Shown here: piece after piece, positions 8,745 through 16,723 of the stretch
How positions within the stretch are numbered: position 1 is the stretch's first letter
Layout: every line of letters begins with the position of its first letter
Virus record (IMG/VR): IMGVR_UViG_3300022867_000065
Location: 1-26,110 of that record
Length of the DNA stretch: 26,110 nucleotides
Strand: one strand, 5' to 3'
Source of the DNA: a virus
Lineage: Duplodnaviria; Caudoviricetes
The notes under the pieces: model-generated
Seen by the model: the letters and a program-made list of their open reading frames with translations, nothing else
Databases searched by the model: none
Told to the model about the DNA's origin: nothing
Made by a program: the position numbers and the translations under genes

Positions 8745-9313
8745 CAGATAACCCTCGCGAAACAAACTAGAACTAAGCGCCCATCTGTTGAGTCAGCCCC
8801 GAATGAGGTAGGCATTTCTGCCCGGTGCATTGAATGGGTATCAAATACAAATGCGCGGTTAGGCTGCATTTCTACCATTTCTTGTATCTCCCATGCCTCG
8901 CGGTTGTTGGTGTCTCGCTCCCAGATTTCTTGCTCTTCCTGGTTACGGGGGTTCTTATCCATCCCAGTTTCAATATGCCGAACAAACGCAGTGCCGCCCT
9001 TGCAGTGTTCCGCCCGGTTCAGGTATAGAATTATCCCGTAATCGCCCATAGTCGCGTCGTTGTGCGCCTGGTGCGGCACTGGAACGCCCTCAAGAGTCGC
9101 GCGCAAAAACATCACTGTTTCGTTGATGGTCTTAGGTATATTTTCCTGAAGAGATTTAACAACTTTACGCTCTACGCCTTTAGGAATCTCAGTGCTAATG
9201 CCTGGGTATAAAACCCCGTCAACTGGGTTTACTGTGCCGGTGTAATCTAGCCCATCGCAATGAGTGCGGAACTCATCAAAATAACTCAAGGTGTTGTCTA
9301 TGAGTGCCATCAT
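8744..9313 (-). CDS. 2OG-Fe(II) oxygenase-fold protein (DUF6445-like)
   Basis: HxD (AHND), ILYLN..GGTAF..H, NRAFVFD..MHRA and FG....GRLV give the HxD...H...R pattern. Start at 9313 (TGATG overlap) preferred over 9328. Confidence 0.8.
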   Translation of the reverse strand: MMALIDNTLSYFDEFRTHCDGLDYTGTVNPVDGVLYPGISTEIPKGVERKVVKSLQENIPKTINETVMFLRATLEGVPVPHQAHNDATMGDYGIILYLNRAEHCKGGTAFVRHIETGMDKNPRNQEEQEIWERDTNNREAWEIQEMVEMQPNRAFVFDTHSMHRAEMPTSFGADSTDGRLVLVCFARVI

Positions 9314-10029
9314 CAAATTACATCCCATGTGTCTGTAGCGATGTATCGAAAACTGGTTTCTACATGCTGCGCCCAGGTTGGAATAGTCCCGTTAACTGTT
9401 AGCCCAGTTGTAGTGAGCACGAGGGTTCCGGTTCCCGCCTGCCTGATCGTCAATACATCGCCAACCGCATACGTCCCCGTTGGAATTGTCACAGCAGGGC
9501 TTGCGCCGGTCATACGCTTGGCAACGTTTGCATCACCCACAAGCATTGTGTAAGTGGTTGCGGATTCAGTGGAGATTAGCGGGGCGCTGTAGCCTGAAAC
9601 TTGGCTGGCCAGTATTGCCAGTGCCGCCTCATGCTGAGTGACTGAAGTAGCCGAGATTCTGGCGTCTGCAAAGGTGCCGGTAGTCACTTGGGCTGTGTCT
9701 ATCGCGTCAAGTGCCGCTTGCAAGTCAACCTGGCTAGCAATAGACCCACCAATGCCGCCCCATGTCGCAGAACCCACCGAAAGCTGTTCCCACCCTTGGG
9801 ACTTATCACCGCTAATGTCAGGCAGCATTTTGCGATAGGAGATAAGCCCCTGCCCTGCGCCCTCATCGATGTAAAGCGACAAGTAAGGAGCTTCTAGTAC
9901 GCCCTCTGGTGATCCAGTGCCAACAGTCGGCAAGGAGCGCGAAACCTTGAACATAAACTCACGGAAGAACAGCGCCATAGTGCGGTCTTCAAGGATGATG
10001 GGGAGCGATGCGTTTAATACCTCTGACAT
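9313..10029 (-). CDS. Tail-associated structural protein at the P22 gp26 (needle) position, with C-terminal beta domain
   Basis: Follows the gp10-like gene; GTGSPEGV and WGGIGGSIASQVDLQAALD fibre-type motifs; C-terminal TYT..GD..VTIP..GD..IRQAGTG domain. Confidence 0.6.
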   Translation of the reverse strand: MSEVLNASLPIILEDRTMALFFREFMFKVSRSLPTVGTGSPEGVLEAPYLSLYIDEGAGQGLISYRKMLPDISGDKSQGWEQLSVGSATWGGIGGSIASQVDLQAALDAIDTAQVTTGTFADARISATSVTQHEAALAILASQVSGYSAPLISTESATTYTMLVGDANVAKRMTGASPAVTIPTGTYAVGDVLTIRQAGTGTLVLTTTGLTVNGTIPTWAQHVETSFRYIATDTWDVI

Positions 10030-11471
10030 TACTGGCCCACCATAATATCGGCGTGTAGACCGAGCAATGGAGCTTTAACCGGTGCGGAAGTGCTGAATCG
10101 AAAGACTTGAAAGCGATCAACCCGGCCATTACGCCGCCATATAATTCTGCGGTTGTTCTCTCCTACCTTGCCTATGCCCCTAGCGCGGTCCCACACAAAG
10201 GTTTTGCCGCCATCCACTGAGCGATCCATAACAATCATGGGGTCTGGCTCGGCTGCATTACCAACACCGGATTCCATAGTGATCTCAAGATAAGGGACGG
10301 TGAACGGCTTCATATTGTCTTGGAATGGCTGGCCAGACGTTCGGCGGAATACTCTATTGCCGTACTCGTCCACATTGTCAGGGTCCATCAATCCTAGTCG
10401 ACCGTCCAGAGTGTCGGCCACGTACATACTGCCGTAGGCTTTGACGACTGAACTCACCCGGTAGGGAACATCGATCGTGTTTAATGCTGCGTCGATATAG
10501 CGAGACTTTCGCTCGTGCCATTTTCCGGTCGTGGTGTCATAGACGATAGTAGTTGCCGGCAGAGTAAATCCGACAAAGTAATGGCCGCTCTGAGCGTATG
10601 ACCAGCCAAACACAGCGGTTAATTGTGCTGCGGTCAAATCTTCTAACAGGTCATCAATCGCTAACGTACTGACTTTTTGTGTGGTGTTGCCTGCGAACGC
10701 CCAAACCGCTGGAGACTCGTCTTTTGCTCCACCGATAAATAAGAATGTTTCGGAGGTTTTGAGCACTGAGAAAGGGGAGGTTGTGCCTTGATCGAGGAAC
10801 ACGCCGGATCTTTGAAAGGGAAAGTCTGCACCGCCGATGTTCGAAAAGCCTTCCGCTGTAATCTCACCAACAATGAAAAGCTGGTTTTTAAATACGATAG
10901 GTACTTGTGTTCCGTCTGGGTTTGATTCCGCGGTCCCGAAGTCGAGCGCGTCATAAGCCAGCCCATTGTTAGAGGCGGAGATAATGAATTTGTTTGCGTC
11001 CGTAGTGAACACAAAATAACTGTCAACAAAGACAACCGCTTGAGGGTTCCCATTGGCCACAAAATCAACATCTGAAATGGTGGTTAGAGCGTCCGGCCCT
11101 GTAGTGAATATGTAGCCATTCACGCCCGGTGCCAAGATCATCAACTGAGTACCGTTATCGGACATTGATACACGCCCGGTGCCGCCGATAGTCCCTAGCG
11201 AGTCCAGGGTGTCGTCAGCATTAAGCCTATAAAGCGTTGCGCCGTTAACGTAGTACGGGACGCCATTCAATGCCCAGCCGCCCCGGTTAGCGTCATCTGT
11301 ATCTGTGCCGCTTGAGACTACCGCCGCTATCCCCGGTGTAGGGAATAGAACCTCTGGCGTCAGTGCGGGTCCATCAGGGACATGCACATACCAATTTAGG
11401 CACTCTTGGGCCGCAAGGGGTAGCACTGGCGATTCGTAGAACCCGGTAGCAAATGGCAGGGGAGTAATCAC
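10029..11471 (-). CDS. Packaged-DNA stabilization/tail hub protein, P22 gp10-like
   Basis: About 480 aa; LFPTPG, VSMSDNGTQL, FVDSYFVF, TAESNPD, YDTTTGKWHER and SVDGGKTF...IWRRNG motifs; gene order. Confidence 0.88.
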   Translation of the reverse strand: MITPLPFATGFYESPVLPLAAQECLNWYVHVPDGPALTPEVLFPTPGIAAVVSSGTDTDDANRGGWALNGVPYYVNGATLYRLNADDTLDSLGTIGGTGRVSMSDNGTQLMILAPGVNGYIFTTGPDALTTISDVDFVANGNPQAVVFVDSYFVFTTDANKFIISASNNGLAYDALDFGTAESNPDGTQVPIVFKNQLFIVGEITAEGFSNIGGADFPFQRSGVFLDQGTTSPFSVLKTSETFLFIGGAKDESPAVWAFAGNTTQKVSTLAIDDLLEDLTAAQLTAVFGWSYAQSGHYFVGFTLPATTIVYDTTTGKWHERKSRYIDAALNTIDVPYRVSSVVKAYGSMYVADTLDGRLGLMDPDNVDEYGNRVFRRTSGQPFQDNMKPFTVPYLEITMESGVGNAAEPDPMIVMDRSVDGGKTFVWDRARGIGKVGENNRRIIWRRNGRVDRFQVFRFSTSAPVKAPLLGLHADIMVGQ

Positions 11472-12277
11472 AGCGCTTCGAATACTGCCTGAGTAACAGT
11501 CACAGATTCTGTGGCTAGATCATCTTCAACCCATAGCTCCAGATAGTCCCCTGGGTTCAGTGTGACGAGTTTGGTTAATGCTAAGGCGACAGGTGTACTT
11601 GTTAGCGCAGAGCTTACAGTGGCCACAGAGACCCCGTTCTGCATAAGCCGGAAGGTGTACGTGCTATTCCCGGTCGCGCTAAAGTTAATTGTCGCCGTGA
11701 TATCAACTTTTAAGTCAGTGATATTGGTTAGTGTGCCGGTAATATCCCCACGAAACCCTGTCAGCTTTGAGAGATTCCAGAACCCTGCAACACGGTAAGC
11801 CGTATCGGTCGCAGTCATGACCGTGGACACACTATTGCCCGCCAGTGTAATCAGCGCGCTCGATAAGTCTTCGAAAAAGTGTGTGGTGTACCGGTAATCT
11901 TCTGAGCCAGAGCCCACTGGCAATAAGGTAGGCAAGGCCGTAGCAATGATTTGAACGCCGAGCTTTTCGAGAACTTTCATCCCCTCGCGCGCCTGCATCA
12001 CTAAAGGCTGGGTGATCGTGCCGCCGTAGTCTGGTGAGACTTCAACCGCCATGTTGGCAATAATCCCACGATTAGCACCTGCGGGAACTGTCACGATATC
12101 AGCGATATTCGTAACCGGTGTATAGCCTAAACGAACGCCATCAGATTCAAGGTCAGCCATGAAATCATTTAAGGCGTCCAAGTAATCAGCGTAGTCGTCA
12201 GCTTCTAGCGGGGCATCTGCTGCCTGTACTAGAATGCGTTTCAAGCTACGCTGTGCAAAATCTCCAGCCGTTGCCAT
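11468..12277 (-). CDS. Head-completion/portal closure protein, P22 gp4-like, with an extra C-terminal beta domain
   Basis: N-terminal ~130 aa (ALNDFMADLESDGVRLGY, IIANMAVEVSPDYG, LPVGSG) is gp4-like; lies between coat and gp10. Confidence 0.8.
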   Translation of the reverse strand: MATAGDFAQRSLKRILVQAADAPLEADDYADYLDALNDFMADLESDGVRLGYTPVTNIADIVTVPAGANRGIIANMAVEVSPDYGGTITQPLVMQAREGMKVLEKLGVQIIATALPTLLPVGSGSEDYRYTTHFFEDLSSALITLAGNSVSTVMTATDTAYRVAGFWNLSKLTGFRGDITGTLTNITDLKVDITATINFSATGNSTYTFRLMQNGVSVATVSSALTSTPVALALTKLVTLNPGDYLELWVEDDLATESVTVTQAVFEAL

Positions 12278-12433
12278 TTAAGCAGGCTTCCAGCCGAGTG
12301 CCACAGCCGCTTCAATCGTGGCCTTGTATCCGTTTAATTCTAGTTTTGTACCGTCTGGCTTCACCCATGTCCGGAGGTCTTCAGGGTTTGCACTGACTTC
12401 CTCAATAGGTGCTACTTTCTTCTTTCCTGCCAT
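12278..12433 (-). CDS. Small hypothetical protein (51 aa), not in the ORF track
   Basis: MAGKKKVAPIEEVSANPEDLRTWVKPDGTKLELNGYKATIEAAVALGWKPA*; AGGGA RBS; stop abuts the gp4-like ATG. Confidence 0.75.
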   Translation of the reverse strand: MAGKKKVAPIEEVSANPEDLRTWVKPDGTKLELNGYKATIEAAVALGWKPA

Positions 12434-12454
12434 GATAATTCCCTGTGGAGTTAT

Positions 12455-12490
12455 AAAAAAGGCGGCTGCAATGTTTCCACTGAGCCGCCT
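12455..12490 (-). terminator. Intrinsic terminator after the coat gene
   Basis: Minus strand AGGCGGCT-CAGTG-GAAA-CATTG-C-AGCCGCCT-TTTTT: a long stem with GAAA loop and U-tract. Confidence 0.85.
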
Positions 12491-12513
12491 CCCTAGCCGG
12501 TTAATCCAGCGGT

Positions 12514-13782
12514 TTAGCTACCGAATGCCTGCCCAGCGAAGAACGGATTCAACACTGCATAAGCGGGACGGAAGTCAAAACGGACCTTCTGCTGGTTCTC
12601 AAGGAAGCCGACACCTTTCGATACGCGGAACTGCAAACCGTCTTCAGTGGTTGCAATGGTATCGGTAGAATGAAGCTTCTTAATGGGTACTGAACCTACA
12701 GAGAACGCTTCCTTGTGCCAGAACAGGTTAGGCTGGATTAAGGTTGCAGCAGCGCCACCAAGCGTCACTACAGCACCACTGGCCAATGCCGCCTCCACTG
12801 TGTTGTAAGCTCCGCCAGCCTCAAAGATGCCCGCGCCAGAAACAACCAGGGTTCCCGCACCAGCACCGCTCAGCGTTACCGTTTCAGTCACTGTGCCACT
12901 GAACAAGATAGCCGCGCCTGTTTCGTCGACGATCTGTTGCCGAGTAGACAAGTTCAGGCGATTCGCTCCTGTTACGGTGATGGTTTCACCGGCAGCAACA
13001 ACAAGGTTTGCTTGGAAGGCAGTAACCGCTAATGATTGCTGCATTGAGTCCTTAGCCGCCAGATAAGTGGGGGTAGGAGCTGCTGAGAGAGTACCGGCAC
13101 GATCAGCGCCAATGCCTGTGGTATACGATGCCAGAGTTGTGGCAGTCATAACCTTAATACCGGCGAAGTTCTCGCTGATAATAGCCTTACGGTGCGCTTC
13201 AGAGACCAGAGGATCAACAGCACCTAAAGAGCGCTGAATACCTGCAAGGGCTCGCTGAGTGAACGGGTTTACCGTCATACACCAGTCGCCATCAGAAGGG
13301 ACACCAGAAGCCTGCATAATCGCGGCTGCGCCTGCAACGTGATCCCAAGTAGAGATCGCTGTGCCGACAGTACCGGAAAGCAAGTTAGTGTTCTTCATCA
13401 TGAATGCAGCAAAGTCAACTTCGAAATCAGTCTTAATGCGAGTGGCCAAAGGTGCAAGCAGTTGGTCTAGCCCGCCCATCTTGATCGCTTCGTCAGCTTC
13501 ATCGAAATCAACAAAGGCTGTAAAGTAAGGCTGAACCGTACCAGTCGCCTTGCCTGTGGTAATAGAGCTGGCAGTTTCGCCAGACACATCACCGTTAGCG
13601 GTACGAACAGAAACGTAATCAGTGGGCCGCTTAAAGTCGTAGTTCTCCCCGCTATCGGGGTTGAACTTACCATCAAGCAATTGAGTGTTTACGTTCTTAC
13701 TGAGAACGCGGTCACTTTCGAATTTCTTTAAGAAGGATTTCGCGAGCTTGCGCGAAAAGTTTGAATCAAAATTGTTAGCCAT
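12514..13782 (-). CDS. Major capsid protein, P22 gp5 family
   Basis: 422 aa; FKRPTDY, TGKATGTVQPYFT, NLFWHKEAF...VPIKKLHS and VRFD...AVLNPFFAGQ motifs; GGAGG RBS; follows scaffold. Confidence 0.93.
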   Translation of the reverse strand: MANNFDSNFSRKLAKSFLKKFESDRVLSKNVNTQLLDGKFNPDSGENYDFKRPTDYVSVRTANGDVSGETASSITTGKATGTVQPYFTAFVDFDEADEAIKMGGLDQLLAPLATRIKTDFEVDFAAFMMKNTNLLSGTVGTAISTWDHVAGAAAIMQASGVPSDGDWCMTVNPFTQRALAGIQRSLGAVDPLVSEAHRKAIISENFAGIKVMTATTLASYTTGIGADRAGTLSAAPTPTYLAAKDSMQQSLAVTAFQANLVVAAGETITVTGANRLNLSTRQQIVDETGAAILFSGTVTETVTLSGAGAGTLVVSGAGIFEAGGAYNTVEAALASGAVVTLGGAAATLIQPNLFWHKEAFSVGSVPIKKLHSTDTIATTEDGLQFRVSKGVGFLENQQKVRFDFRPAYAVLNPFFAGQAFGS

Positions 13783-13894
13783 TGTCGGCCTCCATAAGCA
13801 TTAAATAAGGGTTTTCTCGGTTCCTGTCGCTGTACAGGTAGGGTCGAGATGCAGCGGAGCCCTTAAAGGTATTTAATGCCGGTCATGGAGACCG
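13783..13894 (-). promoter_or_regulatory. Structured 5' leader of the coat mRNA, sequestering the Shine-Dalgarno sequence
   Basis: Nested complementary pairs 13885-13894/13786-13795, 13870-13879/13798-13807, 13860-13863/13808-13811, 13845-13848/13816-13819 and 13834-13838/13823-13827. Confidence 0.7.
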
Positions 13895-13900
13895 TGATTT

Positions 13901-13931
13901 AGTCTATGCACACAATTTAATAGTGTGTCAA
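13901..13931 (-). promoter_or_regulatory. Putative late promoter for the coat gene: TTGACA-N19-TAGACT with dyad CACAC-N9-GTGTG
   Basis: Consensus -35 and near-consensus -10; a second copy with identical geometry lies at 23878-23908. Confidence 0.75.
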
Positions 13932-14741
13932 CTAGACAAAGGTAGCGCCTTTTGGCCCTCCGTCACCCTCTGGCATACCCGATCCGCGAACAGGGCTAAC
14001 AGGGTCTGGGGCAAGGTCTTTAGGTTGTGTCATGTTGCGCGCTGCCTCTTTAATGTCGGTGGATATGCGAACCGCTGCGTCCATTGGCGACAGTCGAGAT
14101 ATTTCATCCAGCACTGTGGGGTTTTTTGACAGGTACACGGTAATACTGGGGCCGTGGGCCTCACGTAGAATGTGTGTGGCAACTTCCATTGTCAGCCCGT
14201 AGTTTCCCACCACCGCACCGGCTTGCTGTAAATCTACAGGTTCAATGCCTAGCTTCTTAGATCGCTCTGAGTAGTCAACGATTGCAGCCTGGGTATGCTC
14301 TTGCTGCTTGGCCCACTCTGCGTTAGCGGCATCCTGTCGCGCTTGCTCCCTGGCCCGCTGCTCACTGTCAAACCGAGCCGCTTGGATGATGGTGTTATCC
14401 CTTGCCGCCATCTGCTCTGCAAAATCATCGTCGTAAGGGTCTGGCAATGCGGGGATATCGGGCCGGGTTTCCTGGGGAACTTGCTTTCTAAGCTGCTCTA
14501 GGTCTTCCTGTAGCTTTTGCGCTAAACGTTCAGCCTCGCGAGTCTTGGCGGTCTTTTTGTTGATCGCCTCGTCAAATACTTTTTGTTGGTCTTCAGAGAA
14601 TCGAACAGGCTCCTTTACTTCGGCTTTCTCGGTGGGGTCAACTATCTCTTCAGCCGGTGATTCCTCGGAGAAAACAATACCGCTGGTATCTTCCTCAACC
14701 GGGGCCACTTCGATTACTTCCTGATCTGCCGCTTCACTCAT
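13932..14741 (-). CDS. Capsid scaffolding protein
   Basis: Acidic N-terminus, coiled coil, P.PDPYDD and GPSITVYLSKNP...ISRLSPMDAAVRI motifs; directly upstream of coat; AGGAG RBS. Confidence 0.82.
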   Translation of the reverse strand: MSEAADQEVIEVAPVEEDTSGIVFSEESPAEEIVDPTEKAEVKEPVRFSEDQQKVFDEAINKKTAKTREAERLAQKLQEDLEQLRKQVPQETRPDIPALPDPYDDDFAEQMAARDNTIIQAARFDSEQRAREQARQDAANAEWAKQQEHTQAAIVDYSERSKKLGIEPVDLQQAGAVVGNYGLTMEVATHILREAHGPSITVYLSKNPTVLDEISRLSPMDAAVRISTDIKEAARNMTQPKDLAPDPVSPVRGSGMPEGDGGPKGATFV

Positions 14742-14778
14742 ATCGTTCTCCTAAATGCCACGATTCGGTCGTGTGCCG

Positions 14779-15246
14779 TTAGTGCAATGTATGCGCCATA
14801 ATGATGGCCAGTATTTCTTCGTCTTCTCTTAAAATGTTCTCGCGCTCATAGTCGCTATAAACTCCGCTACCGCCCCCGCCGCGTGCTGGCTCTATGGGTA
14901 TTATCGGCGCTGGATTCTTCGCCAAGAAGTCATGTAACCCGCCTGGTGTTGCTGTAACCGATAGATCAGTGATTCTGTCGGATGACTTACCCCCGCCTCC
15001 GCTGGGAGTCTTCGCAATAAACTCATGCAGCCCGCCCGGTGTTGCCATGACAGACAATTCGGTGAGCCTGGTCGATGGCTTGCCCCCTCCCCCCGCTGGT
15101 GTCTTAGCGATGAAGGTATGTAAGCCACCCGGTAAAGCCTGAACACTGAGCGCCGTTATCTGATCCGACGACTTACCCGAAGCTGGAGACTTAGGGCTAA
15201 AGCTCTGCGCGCGCCCCGGCGTTGCCGTTACCGATAGCGCGGTCAT
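14779..15246 (-). CDS. Hypothetical protein with four ~31-aa repeats and a C-terminal REDEEILAII helix
   Basis: Repeats of T.LSV.A.PG..(H).F..K.P..GGGK.S; tightly packed in the operon. Confidence 0.75.
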   Translation of the reverse strand: MTALSVTATPGRAQSFSPKSPASGKSSDQITALSVQALPGGLHTFIAKTPAGGGGKPSTRLTELSVMATPGGLHEFIAKTPSGGGGKSSDRITDLSVTATPGGLHDFLAKNPAPIIPIEPARGGGGSGVYSDYERENILREDEEILAIIMAHTLH

Positions 15247-15247
15247 A

Positions 15248-16708
15248 TCACACGATTACAAAGGTGTCAGCGTTGCTGGGGGCCTCAGTGATCGCGGTAA
15301 ACGTTAGCAGCCCATTGGTGCCGGTGTAGTCCGTGATGTTCGTCGCCTGGTCCTTTAGCGCGCCAGAGGTCCAGATAATAATGCGCCCGTTGTAGTGGTC
15401 GTCTGTGGCTTCCGTGAGATCACTGGTCATCTGAGTTGTGCTGAGCGTTCCGGTCACCGCCGCTGCGATAACAATGGTTTCGGCAGACGCCTCAAGCTGA
15501 ACCGCTGCTGCTGTACTGCCAGAGATGGCCACCGCGTCAGAGGACATCAGCCCGCCTGCTAGAGACGCGGGCAATCTGGTCTGGATATCATCCGTATCAG
15601 CTTGTAATGTTGCGATAAGTCCCGGCACATCGTCGGCCTGTAGCTCATTTGTGTCTGCCACGATTGCCGCTAGCTTGGTCGAGTTGTCATCCATTTCTGT
15701 GCGGATTTGAGAAACAGTTGGAGCCGAACCACCGCCAGCCCATGCCGCGTCGCCGCGATTCCTAATAGCCTCGTTAGAATCTGTTGATGTGTCGAAGGTC
15801 GCACCCTCAAGCCCATCAAAGCGCCCTGGAATGTCGTCTGCTTGCAGCTCGTTAGTGTCAGCAACAATTGCGGCCAACTTTGTGGAGTTGTCGTCCATCT
15901 CGGTCCTGATCTCCGCGACCGTGGGTGATGACCCTCCCGCGCCTGTCGTCCATGCAGCGTCGCCTCGGTTCCTCAACGCTTCAAGTGAGTCTGTCGCAGT
16001 GGCAAAGGTAGCGCCCGACATATCATCAAGCTGACCAGGAATAGTCGTACCTGTATCGACCAAAATAGAATCCACATTCCCGTCTATAGTCGCAAGTGAT
16101 GCAGGTAGGGTTGTGCCAGTGTCTACTAAGATCGCGTCAACAATGCCGTCAACTGTAGCTAGTGCCGCTGCCGTAGCTGCCGAGTCTGTGCCTCTCATTG
16201 CTGTGGTGGGTATGGCGTCAACTGAAGTCTTAATGGCTCCAAGCCCATCAGTGCCGTTGCTTAGGTCTGTCTGAATGCCATCGACCACCGTATCTACTAT
16301 TGCGAGGTTTGCCGCCGTTGCTGCCAAATCAAGCACAGTTTTAAGCGCTGTCAATCCGTCAGTTGCATTGGCAAGATCAACCGCCGCCGCTGATCGTCCC
16401 AGGGTAAACTGTCCAACTACCTCGCCCACGACACTAACGCTATCCACTGTGCCAGTCGTCACTACCAGATTGTAAGATTTTCCAATCTCGAAGCCGTTGC
16501 CGGTGGTGGCAACTACCGTGAGCATGTTTAAACCCACAACGCCGTCGTGGTCCACTCCGAGGGTAATGCCTGCAGTAATCTGGGTTAGCCCTGCATCCTC
16601 ATAGGCGGAAACAACCGGGGAGCCGGCCAAAACCGTGGGAATACCCGAGGCAAATGCCCGGGTTGTGAATGCAATGTATTGCGTTTCGCCTAGTGTAAAA
16701 TCTGACAT
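15248..16708 (-). CDS. Ala/Thr/Asp-rich repeat protein, probable virion fibre
   Basis: Beta-rich N-terminal domain, repetitive shaft including a 70/68-aa tandem duplication, and a C-terminal DDHYNGRIIIWTSG...ITDY domain. Confidence 0.65.
   Translation of the reverse strand: MSDFTLGETQYIAFTTRAFASGIPTVLAGSPVVSAYEDAGLTQITAGITLGVDHDGVVGLNMLTVVATTGNGFEIGKSYNLVVTTGTVDSVSVVGEVVGQFTLGRSAAAVDLANATDGLTALKTVLDLAATAANLAIVDTVVDGIQTDLSNGTDGLGAIKTSVDAIPTTAMRGTDSAATAAALATVDGIVDAILVDTGTTLPASLATIDGNVDSILVDTGTTIPGQLDDMSGATFATATDSLEALRNRGDAAWTTGAGGSSPTVAEIRTEMDDNSTKLAAIVADTNELQADDIPGRFDGLEGATFDTSTDSNEAIRNRGDAAWAGGGSAPTVSQIRTEMDDNSTKLAAIVADTNELQADDVPGLIATLQADTDDIQTRLPASLAGGLMSSDAVAISGSTAAAVQLEASAETIVIAAAVTGTLSTTQMTSDLTEATDDHYNGRIIIWTSGALKDQATNITDYTGTNGLLTFTAITEAPSNADTFVIV
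15629..16042 (-). repeat. Intragenic tandem duplication (70 aa + 68 aa)
   Basis: 15833-16042 versus 15629-15832; they share RNRGDAAW and an identical 26-aa block. Confidence 0.9.
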
Positions 16709-16723
16709 AAATTTACCTGTTGA

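Noticed and set aside
12318-12668. 116-aa plus-strand ORF across the coat gene end
   Set aside because: It conflicts with the coat gene, its terminator and the better-supported 51-aa minus-strand gene.
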